Assembly (NCBI GenBank): GCA_964016885.1 | Contig: OZ024754.1 | Coordinates: 41,664,001 to 41,728,000 of the forward strand | Direction of reading: 5' to 3' | DNA: 64,000 nt | Source of the DNA: Eledone cirrhosa | Taxonomy: Eukaryota | In this document: positions 29,004-42,764 of the stretch, one piece after another | Layout: every line of letters starts with the position of its first letter | Numbering within the stretch: the stretch's first letter is position 1 | The notes under the pieces: generated by a model | Told to the model about the DNA's origin: nothing | Database searches by the model: none | Seen by the model: only the letters and a program-made list of their open reading frames with translations | Made by a program: the position numbers and the translations under genes

Positions 29004-29832
29004 TGTGTGAGCCTATGAGTGGGGTAGGGATTAGCGGTTTACGTCATTGTATGACGTAAAAGATGGGGAGTATAGAACTGCGATCTCAGCTCTCTGCAGC
29101 CATTGCATGATTTTTTTTTTTCACGTGCTTTTGTTAACAACCCCTTAATTTTAGGCCGTCAAGCGATGGACACAGAACGAGGACCAATCTGAAGTTTCTC
29201 ATCCGTCAGGGTAAAAACTCTATCAGAGGCAGTCAAAATACTGCAGCAAGTGTATGAAGATGAGACGGTGTTGCGCTCGTGGGTTTTTGAGGGTCACAAA
29301 AGGTTTAAAGAGGAACGCGAGGACGTGGAAGTTGAGCCCCCCCCCCCCCCCCCCCCCCCCGGAGCGGAAGGCTTTCAACGAGCGGGATTGAGGCCAGCGT
29401 TGAGCGTGTGAGACATGTAGAGCGTGGAGATCGTCTGTTGACTGTTCGACTGATCTCAAGTAAGTTGGGTTGAACCGTGACAACGTTTGGAAGATTATCA
29501 CCGAATATTTGAGCATGCGGAAGATATGTGTGAAGATGGTGCCGAAGAATCCACCAGTTCCTGGCCAAGAAGAACGTCGCCATGTTGAAGGAATCCCGCT
29601 ACTCATCCGACCTGGTTCCCTGTGATTTGTTCTTTTTCCCCAAGCTCAAAAGGGTCATTAAAGGGACCCGTTTTCCGGAGAGCATGGAGGTGTGGAGGAA
29701 ACGGTGGGGAAAGTATTTGACTCGAGGGGAGGGGAGGTTATTTTGAAGGGGGGAAAACTTGGATTGTAATTTGTATTTTTTTTTATATTTTGATTTTGCA
29801 ACCTCAGCCTTGTTTCTTTTCTGACTCACCTC

Positions 29833-29835
<3 letters not shown>
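29003..29835 (+). mobile_element. Internally deleted, decayed mariner transposon in (TA)n
   Basis: Fragments [59 protein letters not shown] and GYFEG; right terminus CTGACTCACCTCGTA. Confidence 0.88.
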
Positions 29836-29882
<47 letters not shown>

Positions 29883-29897
29883 GTGTGTGTATATATA

Positions 29898-30004
<107 letters not shown>

Positions 30005-30019
30005 GTGTGTGTATATATA

Positions 30020-30062
<43 letters not shown>

Positions 30063-30063
30063 A

Positions 30064-30139
<76 letters not shown>

Positions 30140-30140
30140 A

Positions 30141-30297
<157 letters not shown>

Positions 30298-30316
30298 TAT
30301 ATGTATTATATGTATA

Positions 30317-30526
<210 letters not shown>

Positions 30527-30533
30527 TATATAC

Positions 30534-30566
<33 letters not shown>

Positions 30567-30730
30567 GTGTGTGAGGGAGAGAGAGAGAGAGATTTTGTTT
30601 ATTTTGTGGTACATAAACATAGAGGAGTGTGCATCCCTGTATGTGTTAATCTCTAGGAGATAAATATGGTTAACATCTGGCAAAAATGTAAAAAAATGAT
30701 TGCGTAAGGTTGTCCTTCGGTAAACCCTAC

Positions 30731-30851
30731 CAAAGGATTGACTGAACCAAATTCTGATTCTGGCACTGAACTTTTGGGCCCAATTCGCTACGTGTTCACC
30801 GACGTTTAGTTCGTGGTGTTGGTGGCGATGAATTATTCTTTGTTCATCTGG
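30731..30851 (-). other. Candidate coding exon PDEQRIIHRHQHHELNVGEHVANWAQKFSARIRIWFSQSF
   Basis: Single open frame between CAG acceptor and GTAGG donor in unique sequence; protein not identified. Confidence 0.25.
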
Positions 30852-31060
30852 CTGACATTTTAAAAAAATCGCAATGAGATACCCCAATCTAATCTAATTC
30901 AATCCAGGGCCTTCTCAGTCGTATTGGAGCAACCACAAACCCCTCCCTGGCTGACCTTCACTGCTTTCTGTTTGGTTTTGCTCATGTATTCAGGGGTGTA
31001 GCTGTACTCACCAAGCTTTCCCAATGGTGGGTTGGTGAGATTATTTAACCCATAGTTGGG

Positions 31061-31213
31061 GTGAACACCATCAACAAAAATCTGTTACAGATGGTCACAA
31101 GAGATAAAAAGACCTATAAATATACCAACAAAGTTGTCAACGAGGATGAAGCTGTTCATTATCCCATTGAATTTCTCAACAGTCTGGAACCCTCCAGTAT
31201 GCCGCCTTACAAC
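31061..31213 (+). mobile_element. Helitron RepHel (PIF1-like helicase) fragment
   Basis: VNTINKNLLQMV...KTYKYTNKVVNEDEAVHYPIEFLNSLEPSSMPPYN matches the YPxEFLNSL..SGMPPH motif. Confidence 0.85.
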
Positions 31214-32198
31214 CAGCAGTGATCCCGGGTCAATTGCCCCCTTTTGCTCCCCATTAAATCCGGCCCTGACGGTGAGATCAAACTCGAGAATGAGAAGTTC
31301 AACAAATTAAATGATCTCTCTTTCCAAATACCACCCACCATTTCTATTATTAGACAACAATATATATTAATAATGACATTAACAACATCGACAGCAATAA
31401 TTGTTCAGTGAACCACGACAACCTATTTCCTGATAAGTCAGAGCTGACAGCATGACATTCCTTTCTTGTGATGTTGATGTCCTACTTTAACAAACAAGTC
31501 CTCTATGCCTGATTAAAAACATCCGCCTCGTGAAACCACAAACCAATGAGAGAGGTTATATATGTGGTCGCTCAACTTTCTAGAAATAGTAACCAAATTT
31601 GTCTCTCAAATTATACTCTATCTGACCTGAAATGTGTGTGTGCAGGATTAGATTTAGACATTGGATGGAGGCCTGGGGTTACTTCAGGTTTAGGGGCCCC
31701 AGAGTACTTTAGGTTTAGGGGACCCGGAGTACTTTAGGTTTAGGGGCACCTCATACACAAAAAAAATTAGAATACCCAGCAAACCCTCCCCCAAATTTTA
31801 CATATCAAAGTTACCTTGGCACAAGTAATTGGAACCGAAAAGTTATACATACAGGTATAAAATTAAAGAATTCTAACCATCCTAAAACTAAAAAACCCTG
31901 CTGAGACAAATAAATCGCTGCGGCTGTGCTAGAAATAGCAACCAAATCTCTCTCAAATTATACTACTGTATCTTACCTGAAATGTGTGGCTGTGTGTCTG
32001 TGTCTGTGTGTATATGGGTGTATGCGTGTGTGTCTGAGTGTGTGTGTGTATGTGTGTGTGCGCGTGTGTATGTCTGTGTGTCTGTGTCTGTGTGTGAGTG
32101 TGAGTGTATGTGTGTGTGTGTATGTGTGTCTGAGTGTATATGTGTGTGTGTGTGTGAGTGTGTGTATGTGTGTGTGTGTCTCTGTGTGTGAGTGTATG

Positions 32199-32276
<78 letters not shown>

Positions 32277-32283
32277 TGTGTGA

Positions 32284-32335
<52 letters not shown>

Positions 32336-32569
32336 CTATGTATGGGGAAAAGAATGGATATTGATAGCTGGAATGTTATTGATCAAATTATTAAGGAGCA
32401 CCGGACAAAATACTTTGTAGCATTTAGTTACGTCCCTTTAAGTTCTGAGTTCAAATCCCATACCATATATATATATATATATATATAATATAAATGTAAG
32501 TATGCATACACACACACACACACACGTCCATATATATATATATATACACACATACACATACATATATAC

Positions 32570-32602
<33 letters not shown>

Positions 32603-32655
32603 TACACATACATATATACATATATATATGTATATATATATATATACACATACAC

Positions 32656-32693
<38 letters not shown>

Positions 32694-32804
32694 TTACACA
32701 CATACACATACATATATACATATATATATGTATATATATATATAAAACACACATACACATACATATATACATATATATATGTATATATATATATATACAC
32801 ACAT

Positions 32805-32860
<56 letters not shown>

Positions 32861-32907
32861 CTGATGTACCTAGCTTCGCTTGGGTAAACAGACGATAAGC
32901 CGTCTGT

Positions 32908-33652
32908 GTAGTACAGTATTACTGTTGAAAATATATAGTATAGTATTACTGTTGAATACATATAGTACAGTACAGTATTACTGTTGAAAATATATAGTAC
33001 AGTATTACTGTTGAAAATATATAGTATAGTATTACCGTTGAATACATATAGTATAGTATTACTGTTGAAAATATATAGTATAGTATAGTATTACTGTTGA
33101 AAATATATAGTACAGTACAGTATTACTGTTGAAAATATATAGTATAGTATTACTGTTGAAAATATATAGTATAGTATAGTATTACTGTTGAAAATATATA
33201 GTATAGTATAGTATTACCGTTGAATACATATAGTATAGTATTACTGTTGAAAATATATAGTACAGTATTACTGTTGAAAATATATAGTATAGTATTACTG
33301 TTGAATACATATAGTATAGTATTACTGTTGAAAATATATAGTATAGTATAGTATTACTGTTGAAAATATATAGTACAGTACAGTATTACTGTTGAAAATA
33401 TATAGTATAGTATTACTGTTGAAAATATATAGTATAGTATAGTATTACTGTTGAAAATATATAGTATAGTATAGTATTACCGTTGAATACATATAGTATA
33501 GTATTACTGTTGAAAATATATAGTACAGTATTACTGTTGAAAATATATAGTACAGTATTACTGTTGAAAATATATAGTACAGTACAGTATTACTGTTGAA
33601 AATATATAGTATAGTATTACTGTTGAAAATATATAGTATAGTATAGTATTAC
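32908..33652. repeat. 28/33-bp minisatellite (TAGTATTACTGTTGAAAATATATAGTA[TAGTA])n
   Basis: Directly visible. Confidence 0.95.
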
Positions 33653-34145
33653 GCTGTGACCCGTCTATTTCGTTCTTACTGCTTCCTCTTTCTCTGTATC
33701 TTTACCCTCTCTAACAGTCACTCTCTCTGTTAGCCTCTTCCTCACCCTTCACTCACTCACTCTCTGTTAATACCTCTCCTCCTCCTCCTTCTTCCCGTTT
33801 GACCTGTGCGTAATTCTTTTCTTTCGCACGCTTGGTCAGGCTGGTTCGCCTTTTTTCTCTCTCTCGTCTACGATTTCACAGAACTAATGTTCACCGAATT
33901 CACGGACTAGATTCCTTCTTCCTCCCGTTAGACCTGTACGGAATTCCTTCCTTGCTCACATTCCAACCAGGTTTGATGGTCTTTATTCTCCCTCGTTCAC
34001 GATTTCACCGAACTTATATTCATGGAAATTTGGGACTTGACTCGTTCTTCCTCACTTTTCGTTGCTTCACCATCTTTGTTTGTTTACACTCTCACTGTCC
34101 CCTTTATTTACGTGTCCCAACGAATTTTTTTAGCCGTTGCTCGCA

Positions 34146-34216
34146 CCAACCAGAGGTATATGGTCTTTAAAGCGAAGAAATACCTGTGATGGTTGGAAGA
34201 TCACTGATGAAGGACC
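34146..34216 (+). ncRNA. Hammerhead-like motif with non-canonical strand order (also 49603-49671 +, 49337-49405 -, partial at 40640-40694)
   Basis: AGGTA-TA-TGGTCTT ... GAAA-TACCT ... AAGATCA-CTGATGA; stems I and III pair in register with the core; stem II not evident. Confidence 0.55.
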
Positions 34217-34223
34217 AACTTTA

Positions 34224-34267
<44 letters not shown>

Positions 34268-34492
34268 ATTAGAAAGTAAACAACACAATATATAACTAAT
34301 CCATTACCAAATGTTTCAGGACCCTAGACAATATTAAGAGATATCTGATGAGCGAACTAGACGTATATATTGTGTTGTTCACTTCCTAATTAACTAGCTC
34401 TGTTTTATATATAGAGCACTCTTTTTTCCTTTGCCTTTTTCTTCGGAAATACTTAACATATATATATGTGTGTGTGTGTGTGATTTTTTTTA

Positions 34493-34553
34493 TTCATTCT
34501 GACGACTGAAGACAGACATAACATCTGCCTTCAAGAAACCACTGGTAAATGAA
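34493..34553 (+). ncRNA. Type I hammerhead
   Basis: TTCATT-CTGACGA-CTGAAGACAGA...TCTGCCTTCAA-GAAA-CCACTGG-TA-AATGAA. Confidence 0.8.
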
Positions 34554-34856
34554 ATAATTATCTTATGTTGTTTTAATATCTCTATGTGTGCATTGATTGT
34601 GTATACATATGGTTATTCTTTTAATATCCAAGTTCTTAAACACGTGGTTATAATACCTAACAGGTTTAAATGACCAGCGTGTATATTGTTTTATATTTTA
34701 AGATGACCTCACTTTACCCTCTTGGGGGGCAGCGTGTATTTTATCTTTGAGGGGACTGCTGGATTTTCGAATCTACCAGTTTCTTTTTAGCGCTGAGGGA
34801 GACCATCACTAATCTATTAATGTCGATGTAATTTTTATATCGATATTATTTGGGCA

Positions 34857-34980
34857 TCCACTGATGAGTTTATAAGAGCTCGCTTGTGTATAAAACTATG
34901 GATTATATACAAGTTTCTACATAACCTGGACATTATTTATCCCAAATTGTAGCAATCTTATAACGAAACCATCGTCTGGA
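34857..34980 (+). ncRNA. Type I hammerhead with about 100-nt branched stem II
   Basis: TCCA-CTGATGA-GTTTATAAGA...TCTTATAAC-GAAA-CCATCG-TC-TGGA. Confidence 0.75.
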
Positions 34981-35206
34981 AGGAAAGAGATATTTATTTA
35001 ATTATGTCTCATATAAAATAATACAACCAGCTATCCACGAAATACTGATTAGTTAGCACCCCAAACACTAAATTGGGAAAATACTTAGGTATATCCTAAT
35101 TGAGTGAGATGGAGTTGGTCAGAGTATCGCTTAAAGCGTTCTCTGTTAATGCATTAAATATATATTTATCTTAACCATTTAACATCTCAGGGTATGTCAT
35201 GTATCA

Positions 35207-35267
35207 TTATATTTTGTCTGATGAGGACGTACAGTTGTACATCCGAAATATGTATAATAAAATGTAA
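35207..35267 (+). ncRNA. Type I hammerhead
   Basis: TTATATTTTGT-CTGATGA-GGACGTACA(GT)TGTACATCC-GAAA-TATGTA-TA-ATAAAATGTAA. Confidence 0.88.
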
Positions 35268-35403
35268 TTGATCAAAAGAACATCTATTTTATTAATATTT
35301 GTATTTTAATATATATATATATATATATATATTACCGGTCAAAGGAAGACAACTCTTCTCTCTAAAAATATTTTCCTTTATACATGCACACACGCAAACA
35401 TAC

Positions 35404-35542
35404 GTCAGATTAGCTGAGAAAATAATATCCCGGACATAACAAAGAATGGTGACTCGGAGATTACCAAAATTTATACATTCATGCTCATCAATGGCATTTC
35501 TCGATGTCGAAAATTCAATTCCATTGAATTTATTTATGAGTT
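35404..35542 (-). other. Candidate internal exon (139 nt, one open frame)
   Basis: TTTTAG acceptor, GTATGT donor; LINKFNGIEFSTSRNAIDEHECINFGNLRVTILCYVRDIIFSANL not recognised. Confidence 0.25.
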
Positions 35543-35746
35543 CTAAAATGGCTTTGAATAATTAATCAATCGAATTACACGTGTACAAACACAAAAGCAT
35601 TTACACGTACGTCAACAAACTCTCTCTCTCTCGCACACACACACACACACATATATATATACAATGATATTAAATCAGTTATAAACATCTATATTTGTTG
35701 GATTTCCAACAAATTAAATATCTCTTCTACACACACACACACACAC

Positions 35747-35799
<53 letters not shown>

Positions 35800-36062
35800 C
35801 AAATTTAGACGGGAGCAAAACAGAGAGGCAGACAAATAAAGGTTTATATATATATATTTGTATATATTTGTATATATATATATATTTGTATATATATAAT
35901 ATTAATTCAAAATATTAACAAAATAGATATTCTTGTGATCAAGTATATTTTATTATACATATTTCAGAGGTACTGAATTAACTTCAACAGTACGTCCTCA
36001 TCAGATACTACCATGACTGAATCTTAACCATCTACTATGTCAGGGTATGTCATGCAACATCT

Positions 36063-36129
36063 TATTTTATCTGATGAGAACGTACTGTTGAAGTTAACTC
36101 AGTACCTCTGAAATATGTATAATAAAATA
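36063..36129 (+). ncRNA. Type I hammerhead in palindromic element 35899-36270
   Basis: TATTTTAT-CTGATGA-GAACGTACTG...CAGTACCTCT-GAAA-TATGTA-TA-ATAAAATA; inverted copy at about 35945-36006. Confidence 0.8.
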
Positions 36130-37334
36130 TACTTGATCATAAGAATACCTATTTTGTTAATATTTTGAATTAATATTAATAACTCCGGAAAACCATTCTA
36201 TTGAGTGCTTCCAATCTATTGTAAAACTCATTCTTTGATTTATTCATTGAACCTTGTTTAACCTTTAAATATATTTGTATATATATATGCATAAGCAAGT
36301 GGTACAAGGGACATAACTCTTCACTATGTCTACAAGTTATTGCCCTTGTAATATTACGCGGCTCTTACATTTTTAGATCGTTATTTTCCAGCATAGTTAC
36401 GTCCCTTTACGGTCTGAGTTCAAATCCCGCCGAGGTTAACTTTGCCTTTCATCCTTACGGGGTCGATAAAATAAAGTACCAGTAATGCACTGGGTAATTG
36501 CTGGCCTTGTGCCTAAAGTAGAGACAGTTATTGGCAGTATCGGTAGAAGGTCGGACGCTATGCTTTGACGCATAGAGTTACGGCCCTTGCCATTCTGAGT
36601 TCAAATCCCGCCGAGGTTAACTTTCCCTTTCATCCTTACGGGGTCGATAAAATAAAGTACCAGTAATACACTGGTATTTGCTGGCCTTGTGTCAAAAGTA
36701 GAAACAGTTATTACAATATTGCTAGTTATTAAACACAAGATACGATCTGTCTATTTTGTTGTGTTGTAGTTGTGATGTAGAGTGTGGTTCCCCTTATCCG
36801 TCGTTAGACCACACCCATCCAGTGTTGAGCACACAGCCTAGCCTGGGCTGAGGAGGTTTCAAGGTCGTTAAGTGTGCATAAATCTTCATAATGTGTGGTG
36901 AATGAGGTGGTATTAGTGTTGTTGTTGCTGTTGTTGGCGTTGTGTCGTTGTTGTTGTCGTCGTCGTTGATGTTGCTGTCGTAGTCGACGCCGTCGTCGTT
37001 GTTGTCCTTGTTTTTGTCGTCGTCGTTGTTGTTTATCCCTAATGAGCCTTGATCCGGGTAATTTTAGAAGCAAGGGTCCCAGCGTAATTATCTAAACATT
37101 AAAGATAGCTTTAAAATGTTTGATACATTTTAAATAGTTTTAATTCTCTTTTAATGGCTGGAGGAGGAGGAGGATATTGGAAGGGAACCCCCACCCCCTG
37201 CTCTAGCCTACTACCAGAGATTCGAGCTTGTTTACAGTTGTAGCAATGTCTACCAGCCCCACTACTTTCAACACTATATATCAAAGACAGGAAGACAGAA
37301 AGACTTCACATCAACACCAACATATTGTACGATT

Positions 37335-37868
37335 GGCAGTATCGGTAGAGAGTCGGACGCCATGCTTTGCAGCAAACAGTTACGGCCCTTTGTGATCTGA
37401 GTTCAAATCCTGCCGAGGTTAACTTTGCCTTTCATCCTTACGGGGTCGATAAAATAAAGTACCAGTAATACACTGATATAATTGCTGGCCTTGTGCCAAA
37501 AGTAGAACAATTATTAGTAGAGGCATTATCGGACGCCATGCTTAGCAGCACAGAGTTACGGCCCTTTATGATCTGAGTTCAAATCCCGCCGAGGTTAACT
37601 TTGCCTTTCATCCTTACGGGCTCGATAAAATAAAGTACCAGTAATACACTGGGATAATTGCAGGCCTTGTGCCAAAAGTAGAAACAATTTTTAGTAGAGG
37701 CATTTTCGGACCCCATGCTTAGCGGCACAGAGTTACGGCCCTTTATGATCTGAGTTCAAATCCCGCCGAGGTTAACTTTGCCTTTCACCCTTTCGGAGTC
37801 GATAAAATAAAGTACCAGTAATGTACTGAGATAATTACTCGCCTTGTGCCAAAAGTAGAAACAATTAT
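37335..37868 (+). repeat. Three head-to-tail copies (about 178 bp) of the SINE-like core repeat
   Basis: GAGTTCAAATCC at about 37399, 37575 and 37752. Confidence 0.85.
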
Positions 37869-38634
37869 TTAGAAAAAACAATCTTAGATGGAAGCTATCA
37901 AGTTCTGGCATGTTTAAGCAAGTTTTTTTCCTCCCTTTTGAAAGAGTGATTTTAAAAAATAACTTCATCTCCAGTAAATAGAGGGAATAAAAGCAACTTA
38001 ATAATGAATTCTTTTCATCTGATGTGTGATCAATTTATTTTAGAGAAAAGGATACATAATTTAATTATTTATTAGTAGTTATTTTGTCAATCCAAAAAGC
38101 ATAAAAAGAATTAAGATGGACTCCACTCTATTGCCTAATCAAAAGAAATATTTTATTTGATATTAACTAACTAAAGGTTTAATGAAGGAAAATAAAACAA
38201 TATTTTTGTTCCATATATATATATGCAGAATTGTTAGAGTGACAGATAAAATGTTATTGTGCTATTAGTTCTGACTCTTTACATTCTGAGTTCAAATCCC
38301 ACCGAGGTCAACTTTCCCTTACATCCTTCGCATTCATTCAGTCAGCCCCATCACTCTCTGTGGGGCAGAGGCCATTAATGACCCTCTGCCATTGTACATG
38401 ATCCTGAGTTGCTTTTGCCACACCACTCCTGCAGGCTTCAGGTTTTTTTTTTTTATTTCAGCCTCAGTGTCCTGAGGTTCCTCAAATAAAATGTACCAGT
38501 CAAATACTGGGGTTGATTTCATCAACTCTGCCCTTACCTGTAATTTGCTGGGCTTGTACCTAAATTATATATCAATAGTTGAAAGAAATTGTTATGGATT
38601 TAGGAATCTGTGTGTGGGAATATATTTCTATTTC

Positions 38635-39109
38635 ATGTTGTTGTCGTTGTTGTTGTTGCTAGTTGGTGGTGGTGATGGTGGTGATGGTGTTGTTAGTTTT
38701 TGCTAATGTTGTTGTTGTTGTTGGCGCTGGTGGTGGTGGTGATGGTGTTGTTAGTTTTTGCTAATGTTGTTGTTGTTGGCGCTGGTGGTGGTGGTGATGG
38801 TGTTGTTAGTTTTTGCTAATGTTGTTGTTGTTGGTGGTGGTGGTGGTGGTGGTGATGGTGTTGTTAGTTTTTGCTAATGTTGTTGTTGTTGGTGGTGCTG
38901 GTGGTGGTGGTGATGGTGTTGTTAGTTTTTGCTAATGTTGTTGTTGTTGTTGGTGGTGGTGGTGATGGTGTTGTTAGTTTTTGCTAATGTTGTTGTTGGT
39001 GGTGGTGGTGGTGGTGGTGGTGGTGGTGGTGATGGTGTTGTTAGTTTTTGCTAATGTTGTTGTTGGTGGTGCTGGTGGTGGTGGTGATGGTGTTGTTAGT
39101 TTTTGCTAA

Positions 39110-39140
<31 letters not shown>

Positions 39141-39765
39141 GGTGGTGATGGTGTTGTTAGTTTTTGCTAATGTTGTTGTTGTTGGTGGTGGTGGTGGTGA
39201 TGGTGTTGTTAGTTTTTGCTAATGTTGTTGTTGTTGTTGGTGCTGGTGGTGGTGGTGATGGTGTTGTTAGTTTTTGCTAACGTTGTTGTTGGTGGTGGTG
39301 GTAGTGGTGGTGATGGTGTTGTTAGTTTTTGCTAATGTTGTTGTTGTTGTTGGTGGTGGTGATGTTAGTTTTTGCTAATGTTGTTGTTGTTGGTGGTGGC
39401 GGTGATGGTGTTGTTAGTTTTTGCTAATGTTGTTGTTGTTGTTGGTGCTGGTGGTGGTGGTGATGGTGTTGTTAGTTTTTGCTAATGTTGTTGTTGTTGG
39501 TGGTGCTGGTGGTGGTGGTGATGGTGTTGTTAGTTTTTGCTAATGTTGTTGTTGTTGGTGGTGGTGGTGGTGATGGTGTTGTTATTTTTTGCTAATGTTG
39601 TTGTTGTTGTTGTTGCTAGTTGGTGGTGGTGACGGTGTTGTTAGTTTTTGCTAATGTTGTTGTTGTTGGTGGTGGTGGTATTGTTGTTCTTGCTAGAGTT
39701 GTTGTTGGTGGTGGTGATGGTGTTGTTGTTGTTGTTGGTGGTGGTGGTGATGGTATTGCTGTTGT
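38635..39765. repeat. Compound minisatellite: constant GATGGTGTTGTTAGTTTTTGCTAAT plus variable (GTT)n(GGT)n
   Basis: About 18 units of 45-65 bp. Confidence 0.93.
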
Positions 39766-40351
39766 TATAGTTGTTATAGTTGTTTCTAAACAGTTGTATT
39801 TACAGTAGAGCCAGCAACATATTCAGTCCAGTTGTATCATGTATGTACTCAGTAACATAAATATCTCAGTAATAAAATAACAACAAAATGTTTACCATCA
39901 AAAGAAATATTCTATTTTACTGTGGTGAATTGAAAGAAGTTTTAATACTTCAAACATAATGCCTTGTATTATTTATTACAGCTACAGGGTTGTGGCATGT
40001 GGCTTAGTGGTTAGGGTGTTGGATTTATGATCATAATGTCATAGGTTTGATTCCTTGACTGTATGAAGAGTTATGTTCTTGAGCAAAACACTTCATTTCA
40101 CATTGCTCCAGTTTTTTACTCAACTGAAAATGTGGCAGTGGATTGACAGTGGATTGGCAGTGGATTGGCAGTGGATTGGCAGTGGATTTGCAGTAGATTG
40201 GCAGTGGATTGGAAGTAGGTTGTTAGTGGATTGACAGTAGGTTGGCAGTGGATTTGCTGTGCAAACTACATACCAGCAATGGGTTTAGTCAATTGGCTAT
40301 ATATATATATATATATATAGTTATGTAATAAACAACATAAGGCAATTATTC

Positions 40352-40405
40352 CATTTACCAGTGGTTTCTTAAAAGCAAAAAATTTTGCTTTCAATCCTCA
40401 GAATG
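40352..40405 (-). ncRNA. Type I hammerhead in palindromic element 40318-40548
   Basis: CATT-CTGAGGA-TTGAAAGCAAAA(TT)TTTTGCTTTTAA-GAAA-CCACTGG-TA-AATG. Confidence 0.82.
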
Positions 40406-40542
40406 CAAAATTTTTTGCTTTTAAGAAACCACTGGTAAATGGAATAATTGCCTTATGTTGTTTATTTACATAACTATTAAGCTCTGTTACCTACATAGAG
40501 CACTCTTTTTTCCTGGACTTTTCCGACGGAATTACTTCATTT

Positions 40543-40588
<46 letters not shown>

Positions 40589-40699
40589 ATAAACGTGTTG
40601 CGGGGTTGAAAATGGGTTACATATGAATAAAGTGGTCGTCCTTCATAAGCGAAGAAATACCGATGATGGTTGGAAGATCACTGATGAAGGACCACTTTA

Positions 40700-40734
<35 letters not shown>

Positions 40735-40846
40735 CGAAGGAAATGTGGTAAGGAACCAGGTGGACCATAACGCACCAAAGTACTCAATACTTGGGGTAGT
40801 AGAGTGGGTAATAGGAACCAGTAAGACCCCGGGGTCTTACTGGTTC

Positions 40847-40879
<33 letters not shown>

Positions 40880-42539
40880 TTCTTTTTTTTAAATGCATAA
40901 TAATGTTGACAAAAGATTTTTTTATTTTTCTATGTTGAAAAGAAACAATTTATAAAACAATTCAATGAAGGAAACCAAAATGTTTTAGGGACTGAAAAAT
41001 CAGTGAAAATACATGAAGTGGAGAAGACCTTCTGGCCCTGTTGAGTAGCTGATTGCCTCCCTAGTGTTGGAACCACAATGGAGTGAACCTGGTACACTTT
41101 GTAAAATGGTTGACAATTGAACAAAGACAATATTAGACAGAGAGGATTCTCCAGTCTGGTTGAGCATATGTTAGCTTTCCTAGTACTGGTACCATGAGAA
41201 AATGTACCCAGTTCATTCTGTAAAGTGATAATGTAGGCACCACAGTAAAATACACCCAGTACACTCTGTAAAGTGGCTGACATGAGGAAGGGCATCTAGC
41301 TATAAAAACCATGACAAATGTAGAACAAGATGAAGTCTCTTTGACTTGTTTGATCTTGGGCCATGACAACCCTTCCAAACCATGACAGCAAGGAAACCAT
41401 GACTCAAGAGAAATAGAAAATCAAAAAGTTGTTGTCTATTCTTCATAAGTAGGAATTTGGGGGCTCAAACTCCTACTTATGAGGCTTATTTGTACATCTT
41501 CTTCTTCACCCACTTATTCCTGAAATTGTTGTGGGGCCAGAGTCCTCAAAAACTCCTTCCAGCAGGTCCTGTCAGAACCAATCGTTTTTAACTGATCCAG
41601 CTGGATCCCCAAATGAGGTCAGCCAATCTCATGGATGTTACCCAACCATCTTGCTCAGGGTCTACTCCTGGGTCTCCTTACGGTTGCTTTTACCCATAAA
41701 ATCTATCCAGCGACTTTTTCCTGAAACATTCTAACCACATGTCCACAGCCAAGCTCATGGATGTTATCCATCTAGCATGCACTGACAAAATATTTTATCA
41801 GATCAAGGAAGTGATAGGATGAAAACAATAAAAATAAGAACAAAAATATTCTATTTCTGTAAATCTAAAATGAGATTAATTTCACTTTATCCTCTATTTC
41901 CATTTTCTGTCCGGCAGGATATCCACCGTTAGTTTTATCTTCTCAGCCATATTATCCTTAATCAATAGATTTATATTAAGCTAGCTGTCAACGATATATA
42001 GAAATCGTCTCATTTATCCCCGAAATTATCAGTGATCACGTCCCAAACAAATAACCGATCATTCTTTTATATATATATATATATTTTATCTAAAATTAAC
42101 TATGACACGCTTAAGATTCTTCAGATATAAATAATAAAATAAAATAAAAATAAACCATATCTTCATCATTAAATTAATTAATCTATCTTATTATATATTG
42201 TTCTAAGGCAATATTACATTTTAAACTGATTTTAATTATCTAAAAGGAAATATTCTGTCTGATAAATAATTGTTTTCGAAAGCCAGCAAAAATCTTCAAA
42301 CTTTTAACTATGGAATGGCCGGCTGTTACTCAGACTGACATTCCTCCCTCCGCTTGCTTTATACAATGCAATGTTATAATTTACACCAAAGAAAGAATAA
42401 TATAAAAAAATTCTAAATAGATCTTTGATGCAAATAAGAAATTTTTCTTTCAATATTCTTCAGCATTGCAAATTGTTTTAGATAAATAACGCAGTTAATA
42501 TTTTAATGATACCTTATAGTATATCCGCATAGTGGGAAT

Positions 42540-42764
42540 AATCCGCCATGTTTCCGTAGATTGGTATAACAGTTCTGTTGATGTTTGCTTCGTGAGATAA
42601 CCTCGTGTATTTTACTGAAACATTATATTAGGGACAGTTGTTTTTTTTTTTTTCTATCTCTCTTTTTATTATCAGTAAATTCGTCGACATTATCGGATAT
42701 TCAAAAAATACAAAAAACAACAAAAAAAGGCCTAACAAAGCAAAACATATTGGTTGTTGTGGAG
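42540..42764 (+). promoter_or_regulatory. Candidate promoter and non-coding first exon
   Basis: YY1-like CCGCCATGTT at 42543-42552 within about 1 kb of unique sequence; consensus donor GAG|GTAAGT at 42765. Confidence 0.35.

Noticed and set aside
38635-39765. CRISPR-like constant repeat with variable spacers (also 24600-24915)
   Set aside because: Spacers are only length variants of (GTT)/(GGT) or (TA)/(TG); eukaryotic context and no cas genes
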